NCBI GenBank assembly: GCA_013115125.1
Contig: JABANN010000043.1
Span: 62,001 to 105,781 of the forward strand
Direction of reading: 5' to 3'
Origin: Perkinsus olseni
Taxonomy: Eukaryota
Length of the DNA stretch: 43,781 bases
The notes beneath the pieces are model-generated. The model did no database searches. It was not told where the DNA came from and worked only from the letters and a program-made list of their open reading frames with translations. Shown in pieces: positions 1-18,604 of the stretch (its first letter is position 1; every line of letters begins with the position of its first letter). Both the position numbers and the translations under genes were made by a program.

Positions 1-1369
1 CGCAAAGGAGCGGAAGAGGTTCCACAGCAGGCTAACCAGCATTCCACCCAAGCGCCGGAGCCTCATCGCTTCGAGGCGTGCCCGCTGTCGCCCATCAAAG
101 AGAGCAGTAGCGGCGATCTGGCCGGCGGGTGAGGGAAGTCACCACTGCTTGTGTGACTTTCGATGTAGCTCATGCAGACCTCGACCGAACCCAAACGCCC
201 TCCTCCACGAGCTGGACGATGCTCTCGATCGTTTACAACAAGAGCAGCAGCAGATCAATGAGCGTCGTCGGCAGCAGCAGCCGCCGCAGCACGAGAGAGG
301 AAATCAGAAGCAGGGTGGTGCTTACCGACAGTTTGTTGGGAATCCTCCCGCGGTCTATAACGAGTATTGTGCGAACGTCAACAACAGGTATGAGGAGCAC
401 CGAGTGCTAGTTTACCCTAATACATCACAGATACTACCTACAAGGGTCGGGTGCGGCACGGAGGGAGGCTGGTAGGCGAGTCGGCAGCGCGGTCTCCAAG
501 AGAGTAAGCACTTGTCAGACATGCTGGAATGGTCTAGTTGGTTATGACGATCGCCTCACACGCGATAGGTCCCGAGTTCGATTCTCGGTTCCAGTATTTT
601 GTTCTATTTTAGTCTGCCGGTTCCAGCTACCGACCTCGACCCATCCAATACGGCGCTGGCAGACACTACTACGGCGCCTCTCCCAACACACGCGTCCCCA
701 GCAGGCCTATCCACGGTAAGCTTTCCGGGTATGCTGGACATCCATACTCTCGAGTTCAGGCTCGAACGTCGTCCATTCCGGCGGTGCTCCGCCGCAGCAG
801 TACGGCGTCAACCGGAGGGGAGGACCAACCTCTAGGGGAAGTGAGGAACATCCCTCAAGCAGACTCACTGCCCGCCTGGATAGTATTTTCTATCTCATCA
901 TGTGCCATCTCAGGTCCACCACAGGGCCTGCCGCAGATCCACGGTCATCATGCCGCGTACCATGGAGGTGATGCTGCTGCAACACTCGACCATCCTCCCT
1001 CTTCCCGTCAGGTATTCGGTACGGTGGAGGCGGTGGGGCCTATGCTGCATACCATCATGGAGGCCACCACCATCAGAGGGCCCCTAGGTGAGTGGGATCC
1101 CTTCTGCTTCCTTTGAACGTTTTCTTGTCAGTGGTTCGCGCCGTGTCCTGCCGACACCCTCCCACCTCGGAGTGGGCAGTATCGCCCTCCTGCAGAATAA
1201 TAGAGGCAGACCCAGAGTGAGAGGCCCCCTAGTACAGGGTGCTTCCGAACAGTGCCTCCGTTCAGGTGTAGTCCAGTCGCCATCATCAGCATGCACGATT
1301 CTACTGTCTGTTCCTCCGTTGTCCAATTCCCTTGCCTCGCGTTCGAGTCTTTCCCAACAACTACAATAA
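1..1369 (+). CDS. 3' part of a multi-exon low-complexity (Q/G/H/Y/P-rich) hypothetical protein; starts outside the window, end approximate
   Basis: Successive GT..AG-bounded segments read LLHELDDALDRLQQEQQQ, SAGSSYRPRPIQYGAGRHYYG, GSNVVHSGGAPPQQYG and GIRYGGGGGAYAAYHHGGHHH; no family recognised. Confidence 0.5.
523..596 (+). tRNA. tRNA-Val(CAC)
   Basis: Full cloverleaf: acceptor GCTGGAA/TTCCAGT, anticodon arm ATCGC-CTCACAC-GCGAT, T arm CCGAG-TTCGATT-CTCGG, followed by TTTT. Confidence 0.95.
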
Positions 1370-1431
1370 ACGCAACAACGAACACCTCCAAGAAACACTT
1401 AAATTCACACAACTTCAAAATATTCTCATCA

Positions 1432-2421
1432 TCAGTCATCCTCACCTCGATAACCCCTTCCCATTATCCCCTTCCCCTTCCTAGCAGGTACTGCCTCATA
1501 GTAAAATCCTTTACCCCATACGGGAGGCGCATAACCCCATCCCTTCCCTTTTCCCTTCGCCGGGACAACCCAATAGCCCTTCCCCTTCCCAAACCTCGAA
1601 AACTCTTGATAATCTTGCCTTCCCTTGCCTTTTCCTAACGCTATATATCTACCCTTTCCTCCCTTCCCCATTGCTTCAGTATCGCTCTCTGCTTCACTTT
1701 CCGAGTCGGACTGGGCCGCCACACCTTTGCCCTTTCCCTTCCATCGAGGAAGATAACCCTTTCCCTTCCCCCAAGGAGTATAGTATCCTTTGCCGCCCTT
1801 CGGGTAATGACCAACGTAAAAGCCATAACCCTTGCCCTTACCCTTCCTCGGAAAATCTTGCTCACCTTGCCATCCCTTGCCTTTCCCCAACGCGTAGAAT
1901 CTCCCTTTCCCACCTTTCCCCCTCCTCTGAATGTCTTTCTCGAAACCTGAACCAGCCGATCGCGTTCTATTCTTCTCCTCACTAGGAGCCTTCGGGGAAT
2001 CTTGCTCATCTTGCTTCCTCTTATCGTTCCCTAACTCCTCATCCGCGCCGCTTCCCATATCACTTTCGGAGGCATAATCATCAGAACGTCCTTTCCCTTT
2101 TCCCTTACCAACTCTCCAACCAGAATCTTGCTCATCTCGCCATCCCTTACCTTTCCTCATTGGACTTCCTTTATTTTTCGCCACGTAAAATCCGGTTCCT
2201 CTCCAGTAGTTCGCACCCCGATCTTGGCCATCTTGCCATCCCTTGCCTTTTCCTAACACCGCATATCTTCCCTTCCCTTTGTACCCTTTTCCCTTCCAAT
2301 ACGGAACCCCCAACCAAGCTTTTCCTTTTCCTTTCCCCTTGCCTTTACGAGGATACCCACCCAGGGATTCATCGTCATCAGACACCGAAAGGGAGCGACC
2401 CTGAACGTGAAATATAGACAT
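1432..2421 (-). CDS. Lys/Gly-rich (KGKGKG) low-complexity protein, 329-aa uninterrupted ORF, probable nucleic-acid binder
   Basis: Long ORF with many KGKG runs interspersed with W/Y/F and acidic Ser-rich linkers; three related internal modules (RYAVLGKGKGWQDGQD, RFYALGKGKGWQGEQD, RYIALGKGKGRQDYQE). May splice onward at the GTGAG near its 3' end. Confidence 0.75.
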   Translation of the reverse strand: MSIFHVQGRSLSVSDDDESLGGYPRKGKGKGKGKAWLGVPYWKGKGYKGKGRYAVLGKGKGWQDGQDRGANYWRGTGFYVAKNKGSPMRKGKGWRDEQDSGWRVGKGKGKGRSDDYASESDMGSGADEELGNDKRKQDEQDSPKAPSEEKNRTRSAGSGFEKDIQRRGKGGKGRFYALGKGKGWQGEQDFPRKGKGKGYGFYVGHYPKGGKGYYTPWGKGKGYLPRWKGKGKGVAAQSDSESEAESDTEAMGKGGKGRYIALGKGKGRQDYQEFSRFGKGKGYWVVPAKGKGKGWGYAPPVWGKGFYYEAVPARKGKGIMGRGYRGEDD

Positions 2422-3110
2422 TTTGCAAGACGGAATTGTGGATGTTTCACGGAAAATTGCGTGACGATGGGGTCAAAATGATACAATTTGAAATTCAGTG
2501 CTCTCTCGAACGGCGCCCATGCAGTTCCCTTCATCACCAGACATACTTCCTGTTTTCATGGCAATGAAAATAGGAAAATGATTTTTCGCCATTTTCCGTA
2601 GAGTTCTCTCCAACCACCAGACTATGAGTTAGTAATGTAATCATTAAATGCCACTCCAGCCCCGAATCGTGAAACCAACAGCACACACACCATGTCCTTT
2701 CCATTAATTTCAACACTGCGATACCACTCTCGACGACCCTCCTTCCGACTGGGGGAGCCTAGAAGCCACGAATGAAGAGGGCAGCAGCAGCAGCACGGAT
2801 GACCTCACCTGGGGACCTAGCCGCTCTGATATCGGCCGAGACCATTGATGCGTAGGGGGAGGAGGAGGAAATAAACTCTGCAAAAAAACGACAAATTGAT
2901 TCGCCGTCTAGAAAAAGGGTAGCATACCCGAGCTCGATCCTTGCTCGTCTCTGATGAAAAGATATGTACTCACCACTATCTACTCGAGCACAGGTTAGCC
3001 TGAAAACCCCCAAAACTGCCATCCGAGGGTCCAATCGCTTCATGCACCAAGATGAGACGAATCGATCGTTCACCCAACGGCAACACCATCAGATCCAGAT
3101 CAGAAACAAC

Positions 3111-5125
3111 TCAATACGGCATGAGTCTGTACAGGACCTTAGCCAGCCAGGGCATGTTGTCAAACTCCTCCTTCTCAACGGCATCCGCCTCCTCGTTACC
3201 TACGATAGTATCCTTGTGAGTCGATAGTATCCTTGTGAGTGCACATGATGATGGAAAATTCTTTCGGGAAGTTATAGTTATGAATCTTGCTCAAGCGTTT
3301 CCAATCTTTTGCATGTAAAACAAGGATTAAGTAGCAGAGGGGCGAGGGCATTAACTGAAGAGATACCATTATATAAAGAGCTGCCAGGTTCGAATCCCAC
3401 GGATACCACTTTTTGGTTCATCAATTTTTTGAGAATTCCGAGAATTTTTTAAATTTCTTTTTTCGTTTTTGAGAGTCTCGGCGCAGTAGTAGTTTGCTAC
3501 AATGCACGACGTTCGCAATTTTTCTGCAATATCACTTTTCAGGATTCAGAATTTTTCGCGCGCCCGAGGGAAACGGCCGATCAATATTAGTTAATATCAA
3601 TATACTTGATCAGAAATGCATTGATGCGTTCAATACTGGAATTCCAGACCCAAGCACAGTGTATCCTGAAACCTACTGGTTTCAGTGTTTTGCATGCATC
3701 AAATTGGAAGACCCTGTATAATTCAACGACAATGGGTTATGAATAAAGACCCGTGCCAACAAGGGTCAGCTCGGAGAGCTTGAAGTGCTACTAACGAGGC
3801 AGTTTTTTTCTGTAAATGAATCCGCAACTACTGCCCAGCGAATGGCCCCATTCCACTTGTCTACGAGTTATAAAAAAACTAACTGACCTATTATGAATCC
3901 ATAACGATCATTACACTTTTTACGAAAATGAAAATAAATGAATATCATCATCCCATCTTACATAATTGTGCATGTGATTCACATAACGTTATAACTAACA
4001 ACGATCACGTTCATCACATAATAAATTTCCCAATGAAAATTCATGACACTAATTGCCACTATCACCAATCTAATCCACCCTATCCTAATCCGCAAACACT
4101 AGTATAACAATCTCTCTTCTTCCCCACGACAAGCGATATACCTCAATCCTTATTTCGAAGAAAACTCGATTTGCTCATTCCACCCGGAAATTTCCCAGAC
4201 GAAACTTCAACCTCGGACACAAATCATCTCCGATAAAAGTGAAAATTCAGGAAAGACTTCGATCGAGATTCTAATCCAGCGTCCACTGACACGTTAGAAC
4301 GCGTGCACCTGTTCCTGCCCACCAGCCTCAACCACTACTACCTTCCCCTCCTCGAACCCTCATCAATGAAACTTCATAAATTAGAATTCGATTCGGCCAT
4401 CTGATCACAAAAATGATTTTCGGGCGAGCGAGATTGACAATAACGCGCACAGCAAAGGTTTTCTTTCGCTCACCGTTCAGGGTAGTGCATATGCGGCGGT
4501 ACGATCATTTCCCGATGCCCTCCCTCTCTCATTCCAACAACCTGATAACCTCCGCCACGATTTAGCTAATCTCAGAAACGTTCGAAAATTCGAAAGCGAC
4601 TCACCCCTTCATTGAGGAAGGCGGCGACAGTTGGTTGTGGTGAGCCTAAAAGGATCGACATGGACAATCCTGTCAATCAAGAGCATCCAAGGTCGAAGAA
4701 CGAACTCTGCAAGATCGAAGAATACGCTGGCAAGTAAGGGCGCAGCCCTACATCTCTTACCACAATAAAAGCGTATCCCTGTGAGAGAGTTCTTGAAAGT
4801 GCATTCCATCCTCGACCCCGATAGTGACTTCCCCTCGTAGTGTACCTGATGACAGAATGACGACTCTTACAGTTCACCAAGACTCTACGCATCCCTCGCT
4901 TCGACTATTCTCATCATCAGCCGACCAACACAGGACAAACCCTAACAAGCCCGTCCGAGAGTATCTTTTACCGCTTTGCTTCGACTTCGGAGACAAAAAA
5001 AAGATTACCGTGCACAGTGATCCTTTCGTTGCCGTCTTCCCTTCCCCGATCTTCACTTCCCGATATTTCAACCCCTTCGGGCCGTCCCGAAACTCCGTCT
5101 CCGCGCACCTTTTGGAGGCATAGAA
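3111..5125 (-). CDS. FKBP-type peptidyl-prolyl cis-trans isomerase (multi-exon; 5' exons upstream of 5125 unresolved)
   Basis: Phase-compatible exons join to GLKYREVKIGEGKTATKGSLCT|VHYEGKSLSGSRMECTF..|..FLNEG|VVGMREGGHREMIVPPHMHYPER|WPNRILIYEVSLMRV, the FKBP motifs VHYxG, GMxxGxxRxxxxPPxxxY and PNxxLxxEVxL. Last exon 3199-3111 (GNEEAD..LMPY*) is inferred from phase only. Confidence 0.85.
3203..3240. repeat. Perfect tandem duplication, 2 x 19 nt (CGATAGTATCCTTGTGAGT)
   Basis: Direct reading; lies beside the putative last FKBP splice acceptor. Confidence 0.95.
3384..3414 (+). pseudogene. tRNA 3'-end remnant (B box, acceptor strand, T-run)
   Basis: GGTTCGAATCCCAC-GGATACC-A-CTTTTT with no matching 5' half upstream. 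Confidence 0.55.
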
Positions 5126-5899
5126 CTGAAAAAATGGAAATCGTCACTCGCCAACAAATGATCCTGAGAATACTGCTCCGAATTCCAGAACCGTAGGAGT
5201 GAATTCAACGATCGGAATAAAGACGGTCGCGGGGGCACACTCAAAGCTCAGGAGAGGCAGAAGTCTACTGAACAACCGAACTGATCCCAGCACGACCACA
5301 GCACGCTCCATCCACGGCACAGCCAACAGAGTGAACATCTCCTCCCTACACTACCTTTTTCTTGTCAATAACTTCACACTCCGTCACACCTTGGGCTCTC
5401 ATCATGCCAATCGCGACCGCCAAGGCCACCAGGACCCCACCTCGCCGAAGCACTATGACGTCACCAAACTTCGCTCGACCGCAGCTGATGCCCAGAGCTG
5501 CCATTCACTACCGCCGGGCAAGAATCCAACAACTTTGTGGTAACTCATCGAATGGGCTTTCATGCTTCATTCCATAATTTCGCTCCGCTTACTCCGAGTC
5601 GCTGCGCGCGAGAGTAAGCCCTCATACATCGAAAAAAACTCCCCAGGAAGTCCTCAACTCGACCTTGTGTTGACAGCACGGTTAGTTTGATCATACAGGA
5701 GATACTAAAATAATCAAACGACCCATTTCCCCGTAAGAAAACGGTAAAGATCGTACGCGAATTTAGAGAGACAGGAAAGGTAGCTCTCCAGAAAGAAAGA
5801 TAGCATACCTGTGGACCTGGACGAAAGGGTAAAAGCAATGATTGCTTAGCAATCCTCCTGCCCGAATTCTGCGCCGTTCATGGCATAACCTACCCGGAA

Positions 5900-7510
5900 G
5901 GAACTACCCTGTCAGCTCAGGTGCTCAAAATCAAGCTGAGAATTACGAGAAAGAAAAAAGACCGTTCCCACCTCCGGCACAGCGGCTTCACACTGAACGC
6001 AAACGAGTGCAGGACCCAAACCACGGCGTCATGGCGGGAAACCGTTGAACTCGCTGAAGTCCTCCAACCTCTCCTGCCCTCCTCGCCGACCACTGCCTGA
6101 CGATTCGAAATGCACTCAACGTCATGCGCCACGAAATCAGTGATTATAAATTACCTCTCCAAGCAGCCTCGGCCCTAGCGACGTCCAAAATGGGCAATTC
6201 CCGTACCGATTCGCTCCGCCCTTCGCCATGGATCCACGAGGGGAATCTCAACAGCATCTTCCAGCACCCCAAAAAGATACTCCCGATCCCTATCATCGCA
6301 ATAACTGCAACCACCACCCGGATGAGCGGCAACGAGAAGGTATGCCGTTGAGAGAGGAACAACAGCTGCACGGTGAGCTGAGGTGACGTCAGGAACATCA
6401 TACGACTGATGACCTTGAAGTCGAGAACCTGAGCAGCGAAGATAGTCGAAACCAAGGAGTCCTTGGCAAGGACGTGAGAATAAGATATTCTCATCCGCAA
6501 CTTCGTCAGCAGGATGAGAGATTGGGGATGAAGTCTATACATTCCAGTATATCTCAAAGAACTCAACAACGGTACTGCGAACAAGCAGGTCAAGCCGAAA
6601 ATGAAGATCTACCCTAATCGAATATCATGCTGACCAGCCGCCCACCGTGAGCGGCGCGTCGACGTCCGTTTACGATACGCCTGCTATAAGGGCCAAGAGA
6701 TAGTCCTTCGGTAGAGGAACATAGGTCACCAAGGCATGAAGACACTCCTGAAGGCGCGCATCAACAGGACAAGGGCCTTCACGCACATGAAATGGGGAAG
6801 CCGTACGAAGGCTTGCTCTCGAGGGACGCTCCTTCAATGGCAAACGAGCTTCGCGACGAGTACATAATTGCCATACAATTAGCCTAAGGCTAATAGCCTT
6901 CCCAGCCTCGAGCGAGGGTAGATTCCAAGATTCACCAGATCCGCAACAACATCAGAATCACAGTCAGGTCTGCATTTCACGGGCAGAAATGAAGAGGCGG
7001 AAAGAAGAGGGAAAGGAAAAAAAGAGAAATATAGCCACTACAAGGTCCCATGCCGTCACCGCTCTCGTCAACTCCTCAAAGGTGCGCACCTCTTTCCCCT
7101 TCGGTTGCTTCTCACCGAAAACCAATTCTCCTTTGTCGTTCTTCTCAACCACACTCTCGCTCACCAACCCGTAGTACATCTTCAGCTCAATGAAACCCAG
7201 CGGATCTCGCGGTACCCGATCGATGATTCTGGTAGCGGTATGACCCCATCCACCGGTCCGGCGGCACTGCAACCATCTCGAACGTCTGCTCCGCCTTAGC
7301 AACGAATGACCCGCGGGTTCTTGTCGCTCCACCACTTTCCCCGAGACCATTGGTCCCCTTAGCGGCCACTATAATTGCCTGCTTGGCCCGTGCTTTGGCC
7401 ATATCGAAGACCTCAGCTTAGCCGAAGCTGCTTCGGAGTCCGAGGACGACTCGTAGTTGTCACCGCCTCCTTCCTGAGCCCCAGCCACGCCGTCAGTGTC
7501 CTCACCCATG
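5900..7510 (-). mobile_element. Decayed Ngaro/DIRS-like retroelement fragment (ORF1/gag-like piece and RT N-terminal-like piece), frameshifted; bounds approximate
   Basis: GFIEL..KGELVFGEKQPKGKEVRTFEELTRAVTAW resembles Ngaro-type ORF1; WRGN..S..V..EEGRRGW across a frameshift resembles the N-x-x-SA..E..G block preceding the RT of these elements; many stops, no intron pattern. Resemblance from memory only. Confidence 0.4.
6879..6900. repeat. 22-nt 7+8rc+7 scar, 8-mer TTAGCCTT
   Basis: TTAGCCT AAGGCTAA TAGCCTT. Confidence 0.9.
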
Positions 7511-8060
7511 ATTCTCTTTATTAACCAGCGCCTTCGGCAGCACCTTCTTCTCTACTGCCGCTGGCAGCGGCCCGGTGCCAACAGCTCCTTAGTTCGCACC
7601 TTCCATTCGGCCAGCTCTACGGTAGAGCCTCTACCAATATGGATGGCCCCAGATCTACAGCTGTGGTGAAATGCGTTAACGATAAGGTCGCCATTGCCGG
7701 AAAGAAGAAAAGCAAACGACCTGCCCGCTTGGGTTCGTATGAAATCGCCACTACAACAACATTTGGTTTCTCTAAGGTCGAACAGTTCCATCATCCCAGC
7801 GCCACCTCCCTTAGGTAGCCTCCCACTTACCCCACTAGGAGACACCGTAGCCCCTCTCAATCCTGGACACTCCAGTACTCTTGCCGATACCGAATTACTA
7901 TACTTCATCCACAAAGCTTCGACTATGATAAACTGGTCCATCGCTACGAAGCCCAAACCCGCAGAAAGCTGCCTGTCGCAATCCGAACACGCCAGAAAAC
8001 AATTTACCACCAAAAACTGCACCTGAAAGACAATCAATATCGATTAATCGGGCGAGCGAG

Positions 8061-8082
8061 ATCTAGAGTCTAGATTCTAGAC
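8061..8082. repeat. 22-nt 7+8rc+7 scar, 8-mer ATCTAGAC
   Basis: ATCTAGA GTCTAGAT TCTAGAC. Confidence 0.9.
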
Positions 8083-8162
8083 CTATATAACTCTTTACAC
8101 TGCCCGAAAAACCTCACCCTAGATAGAGTTAGCATCTAGAATGAAGGTAGCAGAGCTAGCAA

Positions 8163-8202
8163 GCGAGGCGCTACTGCAACGAGAGTTGTAGTAGCGCCTC
8201 GC
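8163..8202 (+). other. 18-bp hairpin with GAGA tetraloop
   Basis: GCGAGGCGCTACTGCAAC-GAGA-GTTGTAGTAGCGCCTCGC: 17 Watson-Crick pairs plus one G-T. Confidence 0.85.
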
Positions 8203-8297
8203 CTCTCAACAACACTTCACCGTAATACATATCATCTCGTACATTCATGTGTGAGCGGATCGTCCCGATATTTTCCACAATTCGGGCTGAAATTAGC

Positions 8298-8750
8298 TCA
8301 CGTCGCAGAATCAGGCAAGCCTACACCCGGTTCCGATCCCACGACCTTTCGCTTACCCACCAGCAGACTCATCACCATCCCCGCTGCCGCAGCCATGCAC
8401 AGACCACTATGAATCTCGTAGCATAAAGTAATGAAAAGACAGTCGAACGGGAGCTCACTCCGCAGCCCCACAAGCGCCATCACACTCCACAGTTTCCCGG
8501 CCTCCGAATCACCAGTGAACTTTCGAGATATTGCTAATTCGTATCGAACGTAGATAGCGCTCGCCACAGTGATCGATATAACGCATAATGCCAGCTTCGC
8601 GGTTGCAGAGAGTGGCGTACCATGATACACCAGTGGGGGTAGTGCCAGACAGAACATCAACCAGCTCCCGTTGAGGAAATGCAAGCGTCTCGAGAATTCA
8701 AGATACGATCGGAATCCAGAGTAGCTTGTTATTATATCCTCCAATGCCAC
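8298..8750 (-). CDS. Terminal exon of a multi-pass membrane hypothetical protein (upstream exons probably within 8870-10130)
   Basis: 150-codon open frame with about 3-4 hydrophobic segments; acceptor-like sequences just upstream. Confidence 0.55.
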   Translation of the reverse strand: MALEDIITSYSGFRSYLEFSRRLHFLNGSWLMFCLALPPLVYHGTPLSATAKLALCVISITVASAIYVRYELAISRKFTGDSEAGKLWSVMALVGLRSELPFDCLFITLCYEIHSGLCMAAAAGMVMSLLVGKRKVVGSEPGVGLPDSAT

Positions 8751-10562
8751 ATAGGACGGCGACGAACCTAATCACCTATTTCTGAGCAGAAAACAAAGAA
8801 TTTTCTGCTGATGATTAATCAACAGGAAGCGTGACTTTTCATGAGAATATCCAAAACACAATTTCTCTCGTTACCTTGCGCGAGAGTCTGCTTCTAAGTG
8901 ATACTATATTCAACCGCCAAACTACGCTACTAGAATGAAGTTTAGTACGACGTTATAGAGTTTTCACTATCCTCATTTCCCAGCAGCGAGCCATGTACTC
9001 GGGAGAGGTGAGTTCGACTTGTTTTGGAGTGAACGGTCGAAGACTGTTCACCACTCGCGAAAGCATGAGCGTAACTTCCTAATTTCGTGCTATCACGCCG
9101 ACTTCAACTAATCTCCTCACCTCGATGGTCACCGCAACAGTCACTCCCAACGCCATCTCCATCAGAATCATGCATCGAAGGTCATATGTAGCGTGAAAAA
9201 ACAACCCTAACGCATATATGCAAATGCAGGAGCCCGTGAATCACGAACCGTGATCGAATAGCTACAACATCAAACCTCCAAACGGCCCTGAAGGAGTTCC
9301 ATCTCTGAGACAAAACGAGCATCGCGACTCCCTCTCTCCAATAGTGATCGGGGTTAGCATTGTAGTATTGTCTACTCGTGAAGTTCCACCGCTGGCGAGT
9401 GGGCAACCAATGCGGCGCGATGCACTGTTTCCAGGATTTTACCAGGGCTCAGACAGTTATTCTGAGCCCCGCAGCCATACACCCATATTCGCTACTCCTC
9501 GCCTGACCAAAGAAGAAGAAGAAGATGCGTGGAGTGCCGTTTTTCTTCGAGCTGAGAAACGCGTCCCGTTTAACACGAGTTTGCACTAGTTGCTGATATG
9601 ACGGGAGTGAAACCCTCAGTGTAGCATATATAGTTGTATCCTAATGCACTGGTCTAATATTACTTCATTCTACTCTCGATGACCTAAGGGCTTGGCTCAT
9701 GGCGGCGATCACCTCCAGCCGGTCGCCATTGATACTGCTTCGATGCGGCCGTCTCCACGGCCCAAGCCACCTCAGTGTCCAGGGCCGCAACCAGATCGAT
9801 CTTGCCCGGGAGGGCCTAGGGACACTGACAGTGTCGAATAAATTGTAGGAGGCGAAGCGAAGCTTGACCACTCAACGATCACAAGGAAAGCTCTCCCCTC
9901 ATCGCACCAACACTTCGCCCAATTCGAAACTCCGCTATGTACCATTCCCTCATTCCCTAACCCCAGTCGAATTGATTCCACTGAACACAAGCCCACCCCG
10001 GAAGACAATCAGAGACTCACAGCTTAGTAACAGCTCAAAGAAAACTCGAACTGGGTTCTAAATTAGTCCAATCGATTACCACAGGAAGAAACGCCTACTT
10101 CCACGTCTCTCGCGAAGATCCCCAGTGGCCTGAAACAAAAAAATTAACGACTTTCATACTAACAACGAACTAAATTTAACGTTCTATCGACGATTAAGTG
10201 TCGTTACGTGGGGATTATGTACCGCTAAATTTGATATTAACGATCTTTCACGAACATCGACGCAGTGGATGTAAACGCCATGAACTACAGAGGAGGCTAT
10301 CATCGTGTAGTATGACATAAAATCTACATAAAATCAATAAAATAAATCAAACAAAAATTAACACAATAAAATAATAAAATGAATACACTCAGAAGATAGA
10401 TCAGATTATATACTCACCAATAATAGGATAAACACAGTATATACCAATGACTTCATACAGAGTAACCGAAGAATATTCGAATATTCGAAGATCAACCATT
10501 TCCCACAGAAAGATACGATTCGAGCGATCGTAGCTGTTCGCTCCCACTCTAGTAGAGTGACT

Positions 10563-17440
<6,878 letters not shown>

Positions 17441-18017
17441 GCAAGGGGAAATCAACCGCCGACAAGCTGATAGGAAAACCGCAAAATCCACGATCTAGAT
17501 GATTGAAGTCCGCCGATGCCACAAAACGATCGGTCCCGGGGTGAGACTACTACTCGTAGAAATGCCTACATATGATATGTATGACATGTAACATATCCAA
17601 TCCAGTGTCTCGCGAGAATGACACAGTGGAAGAAGCCGCTCCGTTACCGACTGAACAAAACACTAAGAATGCACGATACCATAGGTGGCAATCAGGCACA
17701 TACCGTAGAGCAGTTCAATTCACGTTGACGCGTAGAGACCTGTGAGGGACGGTAGAGCAAGAGAAGGCAAGTATGATGCAACACCCAGCACAAAGTACGC
17801 TGAACTTGAGAATCAAATCTTGCATACTTCCATTTCTTCAACGCCATCGATGAGAACATGGTGAAGAACAACGTGATATTCAGGGATCATTGCGCCACCC
17901 TCAGTCCTCCCAACCTTCTATCAAATGACACGGATAGTCGATTCACAGTTAAGGGCGTATACTTCATGTTGAGGATACATGCTCGGGCAGAGAGAAAGGA
18001 ACGCGACCACATCTCAG

Positions 18018-18090
18018 GCGGCTTTGGCGCAGTAGGTAGCGCGTAGGTCTCATAATCCTAAGGTCGCGAGTTCGATCCTCGCAGGCCGCA
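18018..18090 (+). tRNA. tRNA-Met(CAT), elongator type
   Basis: Acceptor GCGGCTT/AGGCCGC, anticodon loop CTCATAA, T loop TTCGATC, G1-C72, TTTT just downstream. Confidence 0.95.
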
Positions 18091-18604
18091 CTATTTTCAA
18101 CTCGACAATCATAATCTAGTAACAACGCCTGTTAACATCTTCCACGACAACTCACCAATGAATACAACCATGCAGTTACTGTCATAATAATGGGGAAAAC
18201 AATTTCATCGTTCGGCTACTTTTGCCATCTTCTCCGGACCGGATTCACTCATTGGCGTCACTATAAAGCTGAAGATGAGATCAGAAGCCTCAAGTGAAAG
18301 ACATCAGATGAACTACGCAAGAGAGCAGACTCCCAGTTATTACGAGTCCATAACGCTCATCGAAGACTGCCACTCCGTACTTGCATCAGGCAATTTAAGC
18401 GGAGGGAGGAGGCGCCGTGTTGACGCCAGTCGCCGAGGTGACTGCGCAGGGATGACCAAAAAACTCCGATCGTTCGATGAGCCGACAGAAGCCCACCTTC
18501 AAACGACTCCGGAAGTTCGCTCCATCCCTCCGAAGTCTCCGACGAAGGCGTGATGGTTTCAACCTACACGAGCTGTTTTCGCTCCGCACTCCCCGGTAGT
18601 CTGC

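Noticed and set aside
4500-5500. Tyrosine recombinase domain suggested by PKSKQSGK and GMMR fragments in the ORF track
   Set aside because: The region splices cleanly into an FKBP domain; the PKSKQSGK stretch is intron read-through.
7844-7860. ACCGTAGCC match to the dinoflagellate/Perkinsus spliced leader
   Set aside because: Only the first 9 nt match; no TTGGCTCAAG, donor or Sm site follows.
4420-8062. Shared 15-mer TCGGGCGAGCGAGAT at 4420 and 8048 as element termini
   Set aside because: The first copy lies inside an FKBP intron and the flanks are unrelated, so they cannot bound one element.
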